Positions 9,457-20,081 of a stretch of DNA of 64,000 nucleotides are shown in pieces (position 1 is the first letter of the stretch; each line of letters begins with the position of its first letter). Source of the DNA: an uncultured Actinomycetes bacterium. GTDB taxonomy: Bacteria; Actinomycetota; Thermoleophilia; UBA2241. Under the pieces are notes generated by a model, which was given only the letters and a program-made list of their open reading frames with translations, did not search any database and had not been told where the DNA came from. The translations under genes and the position numbers were made by a program. The stretch spans positions 1 to 64,000 of the forward strand of contig CAVYCN010000004.1 in NCBI GenBank assembly GCA_963767005.1. Reading direction: 5' to 3'.

Positions 9457-10797
9457 TCAGCGCGCTCCGGCCGCCGCGAACAGCTCCGGCACCGACACCT
9501 CGCGGTAGCCCATCGCCCGCAGGCCGCGCAAGATCGCCGGGAGCGCGGCCGCCGTGTTGGGCAGCGTGTGCAGGCAGACGATCGCGCCGGGATGCACGTG
9601 CGACAGCACGCGCTGCGCGACGACGCCGGAGCTCACCCCGGTCCAGTCCTGGGGGTCGACGTCCCACAGGATGACGTGGGCGAAGCCGGCCGCTCCGGCC
9701 GCCGCCAGCACGGCGGCGTCCTTCGCGCCGTACGGCGGCCTCAGGTAGGGCACCGGCGTGGCGCGCGCCACGTGCCACCATGCCGCCATGCTGCTCGTGA
9801 GCTCGAACCGCAACTGGGCGGGCGTCTGGAGCTCCATGTCCGTGTGCGTCCAGCCGTGCGAGCCGATGGCGTCGCCGTCGGCGATGGCCCGCCGCGCCAC
9901 GGCCGCGTACTCGTCGACCCGCGGCCCCAGCACGAAGAAGGTGCCGTGCAGGTGTGCGGCGTGCAGGGTGGCGACGATCGACGCCCAGGCGGCCCCGTCG
10001 TTGCCGTCGTCGAAGGTGAGCGCCACGCGGCGGCCGGCGGCCGGGAGGTCGAAGGTGACGCTCGCCTTCGCCGGCCGGTAGTCACGGACCGTCTGCGGCG
10101 CGCTGACCGACTCGTTGCCCGCCTGGTCACGCAGGACCAGGCGCAGCCGGTAGAGGCCGGGCACGAGCGCCCGCCCGCGGACGCGCAGCGGCACGGCGAG
10201 ACCTCCGGCGCCGGCGACCAGGCGGAGCCCGGCGCGACTCGTCACCGCCCGTCCGTACTGGTCGACCAGGCGCAGGCGGCAGGCGGCCGCGCCGCTCGCC
10301 TCGGTCAGCCGGTAGTGCGCCACCTCCCGGCGCGGCGTCTCGACGACCGCCGGCGAAAGGCGCGTCCAGACCAGATGCGGCGGCGTCGTGTCGATCTTGA
10401 CCGTCACCTGCTGAGGGGCCTCGCTGTTGCCGGCGTTGTCGAGCGAGAAGTACGACACGGTGTGGACGCCGTCGTCGGCGTGGTCGGCCGGCGCCGGCAC
10501 CACGCAGCTCGTCCCCATCTGCCACGACCCCGCGTCGAGGCGCTCGTAGGTGGCGGCGACGCCGGAGCCGGCGTCGCTTGCCTTCAGGGTCACCGTCACG
10601 GCGTGTCGGTGCCAGAGCGCATCGAAGCCGGTGGCGACGGTGACCGGTGGCGTGGTGTCGGTCGGCGAAGGCGAGCCGGTCGGCGAAGGCGAAGTGGCCG
10701 CCCGCACCGAGCCTCGCGTCTGCTCGGCCGTCCAGGCCATCGTCACGACGACGACGGCGACCGCCATCGCGACGACCAGTCCTCGAGCTCGCGGCAC
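9457..10797 (-). CDS. Secreted polysaccharide deacetylase (NodB/CE4) with N-terminal Ig-like domains
   Basis: Signal peptide, SPSPT linker, DTTPP...[10 protein letters not shown]; [28 protein letters not shown]. Confidence 0.9.
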   Translation of the reverse strand: MPRARGLVVAMAVAVVVVTMAWTAEQTRGSVRAATSPSPTGSPSPTDTTPPVTVATGFDALWHRHAVTVTLKASDAGSGVAATYERLDAGSWQMGTSCVVPAPADHADDGVHTVSYFSLDNAGNSEAPQQVTVKIDTTPPHLVWTRLSPAVVETPRREVAHYRLTEASGAAACRLRLVDQYGRAVTSRAGLRLVAGAGGLAVPLRVRGRALVPGLYRLRLVLRDQAGNESVSAPQTVRDYRPAKASVTFDLPAAGRRVALTFDDGNDGAAWASIVATLHAAHLHGTFFVLGPRVDEYAAVARRAIADGDAIGSHGWTHTDMELQTPAQLRFELTSSMAAWWHVARATPVPYLRPPYGAKDAAVLAAAGAAGFAHVILWDVDPQDWTGVSSGVVAQRVLSHVHPGAIVCLHTLPNTAAALPAILRGLRAMGYREVSVPELFAAAGAR

Positions 10798-10892
10798 GAC
10801 CTCTCCCTGGAGTGGATGCACCGGCCGCCGTACTACGCGCTGCGGCCCATCCAATCCTACAGCCAGTGGTGGTCGGCCGCGTCCCGACGATG

Positions 10893-10907
10893 TGCTACGC
10901 TCGAGCC
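10893..10907 (+). promoter_or_regulatory. Extended -10 promoter, probable leaderless recQ mRNA
   Basis: TGc-TACGCT (10896-10901) 6 nt before ATG 10908. Confidence 0.55.
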
Positions 10908-12944
10908 ATGTCGCCCGACCCCCAGCCGCCGCCCGCGCCCGACTCGGCCGCGCCCGGTGCGCCGGCGCTCGCGGTGCTGCGCGACGTCTTCGGCTTTCGC
11001 GACTTCCGCCCCCATCAGCACGAGATCGTCGAGCACCTGATCGCCGGCGGCGACGCCTTCGTGCTCATGCCGACCGGCGGCGGCAAGTCGCTCTGCTTCC
11101 AGATCCCGGCCCTCGTGCGGCCCGGCGTCGGCATCGTCGTCTCGCCGCTCATCTCGCTCATGAAGGACCAGGTCGACGCCCTGCTCGCCTGCGGCGTGCG
11201 GGCCGCCTGCTACAACTCGTCGCTCGACTCGGCTGAGGCGCGCCGCGTGCTCGCCCGGCTGCACGCCGGCGAGCTCGACCTCCTCTACGTCGCCCCCGAG
11301 CGCCTCATGACCGACGGCTTTCTCGAGCGCCTGCGCGGGCTCGGCGCCCCCATCGCCCTGTTCGCCATCGACGAAGCCCACTGCGTGTCGCAGTGGGGCC
11401 ACGATTTCCGCCCCGAGTACATCGAGCTCGGCCGGCTGCGCGGGCTCTTTCCCGGCGTGCCGATCGTCGCCTGCACGGCCACCGCCGACGCCCAGACACG
11501 GGCCGACGTGCGCGCCCGTCTCGGCCTCTCCGACGCGCCCTGCTTCGTGACCGGCTTCGACCGGCCCAACATCCGCTACACCGTCGTCGACAAGCGTCAC
11601 CCGGCCGACCAGCTCCTGGCCTTCGTGCGCGAGCGCGAGGGCCAGGCCGGCATCGTGTACTGCCTGTCGCGCAAGCGTACCGAAGAGGTCGCCGAGCGCC
11701 TGCTGGCCGGCGGCGTGTCGGCCGCCGCCTACCACGCCGGCCTCGCCGCCGCCGAGCGCGACCGCGTGCAGAGCGCCTTCGCCCGCGACGAGATCGCCGT
11801 CGTGGTCGCCACGGTCGCCTTCGGCCTCGGCATCGACAAGCCCGACGTGCGCTACGTCTGCCACTACGACCTGCCCAAGAACCTCGAGAGTTACTACCAG
11901 GAGACCGGCCGCTCCGGCCGCGACGGCCTGCCCGCCGATGCCCTGCTGCTCTTCAACCTGGGCGATGCCGCCGTCGCCCGGTCGCTGATCGAGCGTGGCG
12001 GCAACCCCGAGCAGGTCCGCATCGAGCTGCACAAGCTGAACGCCATGGTCGGCTTCGCCGAGGCCACGTCGTGCCGCCGGCAGGTCCTCCTCGGCTACCT
12101 CGGCGAGCCGGTCGGCGGCGACTGCGGCAACTGCGACGTCTGTCTCGACCCGCCCGAGACCTACGACGCCACCGAGCACGCCCGCATGGCGCTGTCGTGC
12201 GTCTACCGCCTGCGCCAGGGCTTCGGCATCGGCCACGTGATCGACGTCCTGCGCGGCAGCGGCGGCGAGAAGGTGCTGGCCCGCGGCCACGACGCCCTGA
12301 GCACCTACGGCATCGGCGCCGCCCTCAGCCGCGACGCCTGGCAGCAGCTCATCCGCCAGCTCATCCACCGCGGCTACCTCGAACAGGACATCGCGCGCTA
12401 CTCCGTGCTGCGCCTCACCCCGGCGGCGCTGCCCCTGCTGCGCGGCGGCGAGACGCTCGTGCTGTCGCGGCCGCGCGTCAGGCCGTCGCGCGAGACGGCG
12501 GCGCGGCGGCCGCGGCGCCGCGGCCGCCGCGCCGCCGACCGCGGCCCCGACTGGTTCACGGGCGGCCCGCCGGCTCACCTCGCGGCGGTACGGCCCGACG
12601 ACGGCGACGCCGACGACTTCGGCGGCCACGAGACCTGGGACGACGCTGCTGCGGCGCGGCCCCGCCGCACACGCTCCCGCGGCGGCGCCGCGCCCGACCT
12701 GCCCGAACCCGACGACGACCTCCTGGCCGCCCTCAAGGAGCTGCGCCGCCGTCTGGCCGCGCGCCGCCGGGTGCCTGCCTACGTCGTCTTCAACGACGCC
12801 ACCCTGCATGAGATGGCGGCGCTGCGCCCGCACTCGCCCGAGGCGCTGCTCGAGGTGAACGGCGTCGGGCAGGCCAAGCTCTCCCGCTACGGCGAGGCGT
12901 TCCTCGACGCGATCCGCGCCTTCGAGGGCGACGTCGACCGCTGA
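10908..12944 (+). CDS. recQ: ATP-dependent DNA helicase RecQ
   Basis: [35 protein letters not shown], Zn-binding C..CGNCDVC, RQC and HRDC domains. Confidence 0.97.
   Translation: MSPDPQPPPAPDSAAPGAPALAVLRDVFGFRDFRPHQHEIVEHLIAGGDAFVLMPTGGGKSLCFQIPALVRPGVGIVVSPLISLMKDQVDALLACGVRAACYNSSLDSAEARRVLARLHAGELDLLYVAPERLMTDGFLERLRGLGAPIALFAIDEAHCVSQWGHDFRPEYIELGRLRGLFPGVPIVACTATADAQTRADVRARLGLSDAPCFVTGFDRPNIRYTVVDKRHPADQLLAFVREREGQAGIVYCLSRKRTEEVAERLLAGGVSAAAYHAGLAAAERDRVQSAFARDEIAVVVATVAFGLGIDKPDVRYVCHYDLPKNLESYYQETGRSGRDGLPADALLLFNLGDAAVARSLIERGGNPEQVRIELHKLNAMVGFAEATSCRRQVLLGYLGEPVGGDCGNCDVCLDPPETYDATEHARMALSCVYRLRQGFGIGHVIDVLRGSGGEKVLARGHDALSTYGIGAALSRDAWQQLIRQLIHRGYLEQDIARYSVLRLTPAALPLLRGGETLVLSRPRVRPSRETAARRPRRRGRRAADRGPDWFTGGPPAHLAAVRPDDGDADDFGGHETWDDAAAARPRRTRSRGGAAPDLPEPDDDLLAALKELRRRLAARRRVPAYVVFNDATLHEMAALRPHSPEALLEVNGVGQAKLSRYGEAFLDAIRAFEGDVDR
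12496..12537. repeat. 42-bp perfect loop-less palindrome inside the recQ linker
   Basis: Checked base by base around centre 12516/12517; all G/C. Confidence 0.85.
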
Positions 12945-12946
12945 GG

Positions 12947-13010
12947 CACGGCCCGCTCCGGTGCGAGGGCGACGGTCGGCTCCGGTGCAGCACGGCCTGC
13001 TTCGGTGCAG
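12947..13010 (+). repeat. Three degenerate 20-nt direct repeats
   Basis: cacggcccgctccggtgcga / gacggtcggctccggtgcag / cacggcctgcttcggtgcag. Confidence 0.65.
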
Positions 13011-13053
13011 GGACGGGGGCGGCCGGCTGCGCCGGCCGCCCCCGTCCCTGCAC
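13005..13053 (+). terminator. 23-bp perfect hairpin downstream of recQ
   Basis: gtgcagggacgggggcggccggc-tgc-gccggccgcccccgtccctgcac; no U-tract. Confidence 0.65.
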
Positions 13054-13201
13054 TCCCCGTCGCGGCGCGCCGCGCGCTTGCTCGCGTCATACGATGCCGT
13101 AAGCTAGCAGCCGTCGGGCCACCGGCGACGTCCGGCGGGCGCCCTGCGCGAGTGTACCGGCAGGCGCACGTTCGCCGCATCGAGGGGGAGGTCGAGGTCA
13201 C

Positions 13202-15037
13202 ATGACGAAGCGCGCCCGTCCGACGGCGAGCCTGAGCCGACGCGTCGGGGCAGTGGTGGCGGCGGTCGCGCTGGCCGCCCTGGCCTGTGGCCTTGCCGGC
13301 GGGCTGACCCAGGCGCTGGCGGTGAGCGGCTCGCCCTCGCCGGCCGGCGCCGTCGTGCTCAAGGTGGGCTGGATCAACGAGCCCGACAACCTGAACCCCT
13401 TCATCGGCACGTCGACCTCGTCGTTTCTCATCTTCCATCTCAATTACGACATGCTCACCGGCTACCGCGCGCGCGACGTCGCCCCGGCGCCCGAACTCGC
13501 CACGAGCTGGAGCAGCAGCGACGGGGGCAAGGTCTGGACGTTCAAGCTGCGACCGCACGTCACGTGGCAGGACGGCGTGCCGTTCACGGCCGCCGACGTC
13601 GCGTTCACCTACGAGTACATCATCCGCAACAATCTGGCCGCTTACACGAGCTATACGACCGGCATCCAGCGCGTGGTCGCGGTCGACCCGCTGACGGTAC
13701 GGTTCATCTGCTCGGCGCCCAAGGCCAACATCCTCGGCATGTGGGTGCCGATCGTGCCCGCCCACATCTGGTCGAAGATCAGCCCCAAGGCCGCCCAGAA
13801 CTCGTTCCAGAATCCGTCGCCGATCGTCGGCACCGGCCCCTTCCAGACCGTCGAGTTCAAGAAGGGCGAGGAGATCCGCATGGTAGCCAACAAGAGCTAC
13901 TGGCGCGGCGCGCCCCGCATCGACGAGGTCATCTTCGTCCCCTACCAGAACCCGGACACCATGGTGCAGGAGCTGCGCGACGACTCGATCGACGCGTGCT
14001 GGGGCATCCCCGAGGCCCAGGTCGCGCCGCTCGGCAAGAACCCCGACTTCAAGACGATCGTCTACCCGGTCAAGGGCTTCGACGAGCTCGGCTTCAACTG
14101 CTACACCGGCAAGTCCGAGGGTAATCCCGTGCTCACCGACTGGCGCTTCCGCCAGGCGCTGAACTGGGCGATCGACAAGCAGCAGATCGTCAAGATCGCC
14201 TACGACGGCTACGCCGTGCCGGGCACCACGCTGGTCGTGCCCGGCTACTACCACGACCCCGACTGGCACTGGCAGCCGTCGGCCGCCCAGGCCTACGGCT
14301 ACGACCCCGCCAGGGCGACCCAGCTCCTCGCGGCCGCCGGCTATCGCACGGTGGGCGGCAAGCTCCTCGACAAGCACGGCCGGCCGATCACCCTGCGCCT
14401 GTTCGCCTGCGACGCGCCGCCCCAGGGCAACAGCATCGGCAAGCTGCTGGCCGGCTACCTGCAGGCGATCGGCATCCGCGTGAAGTTCACGTACATGGAC
14501 GAGGGCGCCCTGAACGACTACCTCTACAACACGGCCGCCGGCAAGTTCGTGCCCAACGTGGACCTCTACGTCTACAACTGGACCGGCGACGTCGACCCGA
14601 TGTTCATCTTCTCGATCTTCCTCACGAGCCAGATCAACGGCTGGAGCGACTGCGCCTGGTCCAACCCGACCTACGACCAGCTCTACCAGCAGCAGGCCGC
14701 GACGATCGACCCCGGCGCGCGCCAGGCCATCCTCTACCGCATGCAGCAGGTGCTCTACCAGCAGAGCCCCTACATCATCCTCGCCTACCCGCGCGGGCTC
14801 GAGGCGGTCAACACGAGCCGCTGGGCCGGCTGGGTGCAGTCGCCCGCCGGCGACGGCTCGGCGATCTATTCGGTCGACAACATCGACAGCTACCTGTACG
14901 TCCACCCGGTGCATACGACGACGGCGACCAGGTCGAGCGGACCGCTCATCACGTTCCTGATCACCGCCGCGATCGCGGTCGTGCTGATCGCGATCTGGCT
15001 CGTGCTGCGCCGGCGTCCCCAGGCGATCGAGACGTGA
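13202..15037 (+). CDS. Peptide ABC transporter substrate-binding protein (family 5) with C-terminal TM anchor
   Basis: PDNLNPF, WTFKLR..WQDG.PFTAADV, PIVGTGPF, FRQALNWAIDK; signal peptide without an obvious lipobox; C-terminal TM plus RRR. Confidence 0.92.
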   Translation: MTKRARPTASLSRRVGAVVAAVALAALACGLAGGLTQALAVSGSPSPAGAVVLKVGWINEPDNLNPFIGTSTSSFLIFHLNYDMLTGYRARDVAPAPELATSWSSSDGGKVWTFKLRPHVTWQDGVPFTAADVAFTYEYIIRNNLAAYTSYTTGIQRVVAVDPLTVRFICSAPKANILGMWVPIVPAHIWSKISPKAAQNSFQNPSPIVGTGPFQTVEFKKGEEIRMVANKSYWRGAPRIDEVIFVPYQNPDTMVQELRDDSIDACWGIPEAQVAPLGKNPDFKTIVYPVKGFDELGFNCYTGKSEGNPVLTDWRFRQALNWAIDKQQIVKIAYDGYAVPGTTLVVPGYYHDPDWHWQPSAAQAYGYDPARATQLLAAAGYRTVGGKLLDKHGRPITLRLFACDAPPQGNSIGKLLAGYLQAIGIRVKFTYMDEGALNDYLYNTAAGKFVPNVDLYVYNWTGDVDPMFIFSIFLTSQINGWSDCAWSNPTYDQLYQQQAATIDPGARQAILYRMQQVLYQQSPYIILAYPRGLEAVNTSRWAGWVQSPAGDGSAIYSVDNIDSYLYVHPVHTTTATRSSGPLITFLITAAIAVVLIAIWLVLRRRPQAIET

Positions 15038-15081
15038 GCGCCGGCGCAGCGTCGGGGTCGGCGGTCCGCAAGGAGGCGGCG

Positions 15082-15906
15082 GTGAAGGTCTTCATCAGCA
15101 TCGATCTCGAGGGCGTGAGCGGCGTGTGCCACCTCGCCCAGACCGAGCACGACACCGACCAGTGGCGCGCCGCACGCCGGCTCATGCGCGGCGACCTCGA
15201 CGCCGTGCTCGAGGGCTGCCTCGAGGGCGGCGCCGACGAGGTCGTCGTCTGCGACGCCCACGACCACGGCGACAACCTCGGCGCCGAGGGCCTGCCCGCC
15301 GGTGTCTCGCTCGTCAGCGGCGGCGGCATGGACCTCAGCATGATGGCCGGCATCGACCCGAGCTTCGACGCGGTCATGATGGTCGGCTATCACGCGCGCG
15401 CCGGCACCGCCCGCGCCACGCTGGCCCACACCTACACGTTCGGCGTGGCCGAGGCGCTCGTGTGCGGCGGTCCCGACGGTGACCTGCCGACCGGCGAGCT
15501 CGGCCTGAACGCCGCCGCCGCCGGCGCGCTCGGTGTGCCGCTCGTCTTCGCCTGCGGCGACGACAAGCTCGCGGCCGAGGCGCAGGCGCTGCTGCCCGGC
15601 GTCGAGACCGTGACGGTCAAGGAGGGCCTCGCCTGGACCGGGGCGCGCCTGATCGGCCCCGAGCAGACCCGGGCCGAGCTGCGGGCGGGGGCGCGGCGCG
15701 CCCTGCGCGCCGCGCCCCCGCCGCTCGTCGACTGGAACGGACGCTCGCTGCGGGTGCGGTTCGGCCGCGCCGACTGGTGCGACAATGCCGCCGGCTGCCC
15801 CGGCGTGACCAGGCTCGACGGCACCACGATCGAGATCGCCGCGCCGGACTGGCTGGGCGTCTTCGCCCGGTTCGTCGCCAGCGTCCGCCTCGCCTACTGC
15901 GACTAG
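15082..15906 (+). CDS. dppA: D-aminopeptidase, peptidase family M55
   Basis: KVFISIDLEGVSG, DAH, GYH, HTY, GE, GDD, VKEG; SD AAGGAGG. Confidence 0.9.
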   Translation: MKVFISIDLEGVSGVCHLAQTEHDTDQWRAARRLMRGDLDAVLEGCLEGGADEVVVCDAHDHGDNLGAEGLPAGVSLVSGGGMDLSMMAGIDPSFDAVMMVGYHARAGTARATLAHTYTFGVAEALVCGGPDGDLPTGELGLNAAAAGALGVPLVFACGDDKLAAEAQALLPGVETVTVKEGLAWTGARLIGPEQTRAELRAGARRALRAAPPPLVDWNGRSLRVRFGRADWCDNAAGCPGVTRLDGTTIEIAAPDWLGVFARFVASVRLAYCD

Positions 15907-15938
15907 AGCCAGCCGCGCACGGGCGGCCGACCGCCCGA

Positions 15939-16778
15939 TCAGCCCGCCAGGCGGCCGCCCGACTCGTCGACGTCCAGCCCTGCCGTGCGCGGCGGGCCCC
16001 AGGCGACGCGCTGCCCCACGAGATTGCGCAGCGCCACGGCGTCGTGCACGGCGGCCCCGCCCAGGTCGTTGTTGAAGTAGACGCGCACGTCGAACTCGTC
16101 GGTCGCCCAGGCGCGGCACGAGTCGGCCCAGCGTTGCAGGCCCTCGCGACCGTAGGCGCCGGCGTAGGCCGTACCGAGGCCGTGCAGGCGCACATAGACG
16201 AAGGGCGCCGTCACCACAGGTGGGGTCTCGCGATCACCCAGGTGGTAGATGCAGAACGCGGCCTCGCGGTCGGCCAGCAGGTCGTAGACGCGATCGCGGA
16301 ACCACGTGGGGTCGCGAAACTCGAAGGCGCACTCGAGGTCGCGCGGCAGCATGTCGAGGAAGTTGCGCAGCAGGCCGGTGTCGCGCTGCAGGCCCTCGGG
16401 GAGCTGGAAGAGGACCGGACCGAGCGCCCGACCGAGCCCGCGGACTCGCGTGACGAAATCGGCCAGCAGGGCGTCGCTGCGGCGCAGCCGGCGCATGTGC
16501 GTGATGGTGCGCGGCGCCTTGACGGCGAAGGTGAAGCCGGGTGGGGCGGTATCGCGCCAGCGCTCGATGACGGCGGTGTCGGGCAGCGAGTAGAAGGTGC
16601 GGTTGATCTCGACCGTGGCAAAGCGCGCGGCGTAGTAAGAGAGGCGGGCGCCGCTCGGCAAGCCCTCAGGGTAGAACACGCCGCGCCAGTGGCCATACGA
16701 CCAGCCTGACGTGCCGACGTGGATGCGGCTGGTGGCGGTGCGCGCCCGGTAGTCTTTGAGGATGTCGATCGCTGCCAT
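15939..16778 (-). CDS. DUF72 family protein
   Basis: GTSGWSY..W.G.FYP, VEIN.TFY, FQLP, FEFR, YVRLHG, YFNND. Confidence 0.92.
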   Translation of the reverse strand: MAAIDILKDYRARTATSRIHVGTSGWSYGHWRGVFYPEGLPSGARLSYYAARFATVEINRTFYSLPDTAVIERWRDTAPPGFTFAVKAPRTITHMRRLRRSDALLADFVTRVRGLGRALGPVLFQLPEGLQRDTGLLRNFLDMLPRDLECAFEFRDPTWFRDRVYDLLADREAAFCIYHLGDRETPPVVTAPFVYVRLHGLGTAYAGAYGREGLQRWADSCRAWATDEFDVRVYFNNDLGGAAVHDAVALRNLVGQRVAWGPPRTAGLDVDESGGRLAG

Positions 16779-16862
16779 CGCTCCCTTGTTCCCAGCTTTG
16801 GCGCGGAACGTGCCCTCCTTCGAGAGTGAACGGCACCGGCCGGGGGAACACGACGGGGTGCG

Positions 16863-18005
16863 ATGGAGCACCGGTCCCCCGATCGTCGCCCGCCCCGCCG
16901 CCGCGCGGCGCGCGGCGGCCTGCGCGGCCCCGGTCCGGCCGCGGCCGAACTCGTCACGCTGGGCGACGGCGCCGAACCGTCGCCCGCGCTCGCTGCGGGC
17001 TCCCAGCCGGCCGACGACGCCACCCTGCTCGATGCCTACTCGCGGGCCGTGATCGCCGCGGCCGCGCAGGTGAGCCCGTCGGTCGTGAACATCGAGGTCC
17101 GGCGACGGCTCGGCGAGCGCGAGCGGCGGCGGCCGCCCCAAGGCGACCCGGCGCGCGACGGCGCGGCGGGCGAGGCGCCGGCGGGCAGTGGCTCCGGTTT
17201 TGTCTTCACGCCCGACGGCTTCGTCATGACGAACAGCCACGTCGTGCACGGCGCCAGCGCCATCGAGGTGACCCTCAACGACGGCCGCGCCGCCGCGGCG
17301 CAGATCGTGGGCGACGATCCCTGGACCGACGTCGCCGTCGTGCGCATCCACACCGGCGACCTCGCGCCGGCGCGGCTCGGCGACTCGCGCGCCCTGCAGG
17401 TCGGCCAGCTCGTCCTGGCGATCGGCAGCCCGTTCGGCTTTCAGACGACGGTGACCGCCGGCGTCGTCAGCGCCCTGGGCCGCTCGCTGCGCTCGCAGAC
17501 CGGCCACCTGATCGACAACTTGGTCCAGACCGACGCCGCGCTGAACCCCGGCAACTCGGGCGGTCCGCTCGTGAACTCGGCCGGCGAAGTGGTGGGCATG
17601 AACACGGCCGTGGTGGCGCCGGCCCAGGGCATCTGCTTCGCGATCGCCGTGAACACGGCCCAGTACGTCGCCTCGCGCCTGATCCGCGACGGCCGGCTGG
17701 CGCACGGACGCATCGGCGTCGTGGCCCAGAACGTCCCGATCCAGCGGCGTGTCGTGCGCTTCTTCGGCCTCACCAGCGAGAGCGGCGTGCTGGTCGCGGG
17801 TGTCGAGCCGCGGAGCCCCGCGCAGCTCGCCGGCCTGCGTGAGGGCGACCTGATCGTCGCCGGCGGCGGCCACGACCTGCCCGACGTCGACGCCCTGCAC
17901 CGGCTGCTCACCGAGCACGAGGTCGGGCGACCCCTCACCCTGACGGCCGTCCGCCGCACCCAGCGCCGCGAGTTCACGGTGACGCCGGTCGAAGCGGCCG
18001 CCTGA
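16863..18005 (+). CDS. HtrA/DegP-family serine protease with one PDZ domain
   Basis: GSGSGF, TNSHV, TDVAV, GNSGG; PDZ; no signal peptide or TM seen. Confidence 0.92.
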   Translation: MEHRSPDRRPPRRRAARGGLRGPGPAAAELVTLGDGAEPSPALAAGSQPADDATLLDAYSRAVIAAAAQVSPSVVNIEVRRRLGERERRRPPQGDPARDGAAGEAPAGSGSGFVFTPDGFVMTNSHVVHGASAIEVTLNDGRAAAAQIVGDDPWTDVAVVRIHTGDLAPARLGDSRALQVGQLVLAIGSPFGFQTTVTAGVVSALGRSLRSQTGHLIDNLVQTDAALNPGNSGGPLVNSAGEVVGMNTAVVAPAQGICFAIAVNTAQYVASRLIRDGRLAHGRIGVVAQNVPIQRRVVRFFGLTSESGVLVAGVEPRSPAQLAGLREGDLIVAGGGHDLPDVDALHRLLTEHEVGRPLTLTAVRRTQRREFTVTPVEAAA

Positions 18006-18015
18006 GCGGTCCGCC

Positions 18016-18033
18016 GGGGCGCAGCGCTGCGCC
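18016..18033. terminator. Hairpin between convergent genes
   Basis: gggcgcagcgctgcgccc palindrome with imperfect extension. Confidence 0.45.
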
Positions 18034-18056
18034 CGAGCGGCCCGCCCTCACGCACG

Positions 18057-19436
18057 CTATCTGCCGATCAGGCGGGCGGTGAGCTCGGCGCGCCGCGCCG
18101 GCTTGCCCGTGCGGGCCTCGGCGCGGTCGGCGCTGCCCATCATCGCCAGAGCCAGGTTGACGCCCACGTAGCGCAGCGGCTCGGGCTCCCACGACCGTGA
18201 GACGTGACCGACCCAGGGCAGGCCGGAGAGGCCGTGGTCGGCGCCGGCGATCAGCTCGGCGAGGGTGCGCCCGGCCAGGTTCGTGGTCGACACGCCGTCG
18301 CCCACGTAGCCGCCGGCCCAGGCCATGCCGGTCGCCCTGTCGTAGCCCACCGACGTGAACCAGTCGCGCGGCACGCCGAGGCAGCCGCCCCAGGTGTGCG
18401 TGATGCGTGCGTCCCCCATGGCCGGGAACAGCGCCTTGAGCACGTGATGCAGCTCGCCGAACACCTTCGGCGCCAGGTCGTACTCCTCTTTGATCTTCGA
18501 ACCGAAGTGATACGGAGCGCCGCGACCGCCGATCGCGATGCGGTCGTCCTCGGTGCGCATGGCGTAGATGATGAGCTGGCGCTCGTCGCCGAAGCATTCG
18601 CGACCGGCCCAGCCGACCTCGTCCCAGAACGCCTGCGGCAGGGGCTCGGTGGCGATCATGACGGAGTAGAGCGGCACGCGGTCGCGGGCGTGGCCGGGCA
18701 GCGTCGTGACGTAGCCCTCGAGGGCGTTCACGACGACGTCGGCGGTGACCGTGCCAGCCGGCACCGTCACCTCGTGCGGCGCGAGGGCGAGCGCGGGCGT
18801 GCGCTCGTAGATCGTGACACCGAGGCGCTCGACCACGTCGGCCAGGCCGCGCGCCAGGCGGGCCGGATCGAGGCAGGCGCAGTGCGGCGACCAGAGCGCG
18901 CCGAGGCAGCCCTCGGCGCGCACGCGGGCGTTCGCTTCGGGCACGGTCAGCTCGACGTAGTCGTCCTCGCCGAAGCCCCACTCGCGCTCGTGCACGATCT
19001 CGTCCTCGAGGCGCGGGAGCTGGGCCTCGGCGGTCGCCAGCGTGAGCACGCCGCCCTTGTGGAAGCGCGCGTCGATGCCTTCGTCGGCGACCACCCGGCC
19101 GACCTCGTCGACCGTGGCGAACATGGCGCGCTGCATGGCGATCGCGGCCTCGCGACCGAACTCGGCGGCGATCGTCCCCGGCGAGGCCGCGAAGAAGCTC
19201 GAGCACCAGCCGCCGTTGCGGCCCGACGCGCCGAAGCCGGCGATGTCCTTCTCGAGCACGGCGATGCGCAGCGCGGGGTCGGCCTTCTTCAGATAGTAGG
19301 CGGTCCAGAGGCCGGTGTACCCGGCGCCGACGATGGCGACGTCGACCGCGGTCGAGCCGGAGAGCGCCGATCGCGGCGCGAGGTCGCCGGGCACGCCGTC
19401 GAGCCAGAGTGAGTAGCGCCGATAGTCCTTGCTCAC
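18057..19436 (-). CDS. FAD-dependent oxidoreductase (DAO family, PuuB/OrdL-like)
   Basis: DVAIVGAGYTGLWTA, GASGRNGG, HTWGG, GYVGDGV. Confidence 0.9.
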   Translation of the reverse strand: MSKDYRRYSLWLDGVPGDLAPRSALSGSTAVDVAIVGAGYTGLWTAYYLKKADPALRIAVLEKDIAGFGASGRNGGWCSSFFAASPGTIAAEFGREAAIAMQRAMFATVDEVGRVVADEGIDARFHKGGVLTLATAEAQLPRLEDEIVHEREWGFGEDDYVELTVPEANARVRAEGCLGALWSPHCACLDPARLARGLADVVERLGVTIYERTPALALAPHEVTVPAGTVTADVVVNALEGYVTTLPGHARDRVPLYSVMIATEPLPQAFWDEVGWAGRECFGDERQLIIYAMRTEDDRIAIGGRGAPYHFGSKIKEEYDLAPKVFGELHHVLKALFPAMGDARITHTWGGCLGVPRDWFTSVGYDRATGMAWAGGYVGDGVSTTNLAGRTLAELIAGADHGLSGLPWVGHVSRSWEPEPLRYVGVNLALAMMGSADRAEARTGKPARRAELTARLIGR

Positions 19437-19930
19437 AGCTTCCGCCCCCGTTTCGTGAGTGCCTTCATGGCCGCCAGCCGCACGGTCTCGTCGCGGTCGC
19501 GCAGGGCCGATTCGAGGGCGTCGTCCGCCGCGGCTCCCGGGAGCTTGGCCAGCGAGCGCACCGCGATCAACCGCACGTCGGCCTCGCGATCGCGCAGGGC
19601 GTCGCGCAGCGCCGGCAGCACGCTGGGCAGGCCGACCTCGCCGAGCAGGTGCGCGGCGTCCTGCCGGCGGCCCGCGTCGCCGTGTGCGACCACGTCGGCG
19701 AGGAAGGACGCGGCCGGCTCGCCGATCTGCCTGAAGCAGTCGCGGGCGAGCACGATGTGCCGCACGTTGCGCGACTGCAGCGTGTCGAGCAGGAGCGGCA
19801 TGCGCCGCTCGAGCGCCTGACGCGCTCGCTCGGCGATCTCAGGGTCCTTGCGGTACTTGGTCGCCCCGAGCAGGCCCTCGATGCGCCCGCGGGCGTCGAG
19901 CCAATCGACGTTGGGTCTCCCTAGCGGCAT
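19433..19930 (-). CDS. HEAT-repeat protein
   Basis: Repeats AAHLLGEVG, LRDREADVR..A..L, LRDRDETVR.AA..AL; TACAAT upstream (19989-19994); overlaps the oxidoreductase start. Confidence 0.8.
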   Translation of the reverse strand: MPLGRPNVDWLDARGRIEGLLGATKYRKDPEIAERARQALERRMPLLLDTLQSRNVRHIVLARDCFRQIGEPAASFLADVVAHGDAGRRQDAAHLLGEVGLPSVLPALRDALRDREADVRLIAVRSLAKLPGAAADDALESALRDRDETVRLAAMKALTKRGRKL

Positions 19931-20081
19931 GGACGCGTGTCCCCCTGTTCGGCGGCCGCGACGCGCGCGACCGTTGGTCGTCTGTCTGATTGTACAGGCA
20001 TTGGCCGCCGCGCCGCGTGTCCCGGCCCCTCGAGCCGCACGCGACCTCGCGCGGCCGCGACAGGCGGCGTAGAGTTGAGCC

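Noticed and set aside
10660-10695. Short repeat ggcgaaggcga in the deacetylase gene
   Set aside because: Ordinary SPSPT linker.
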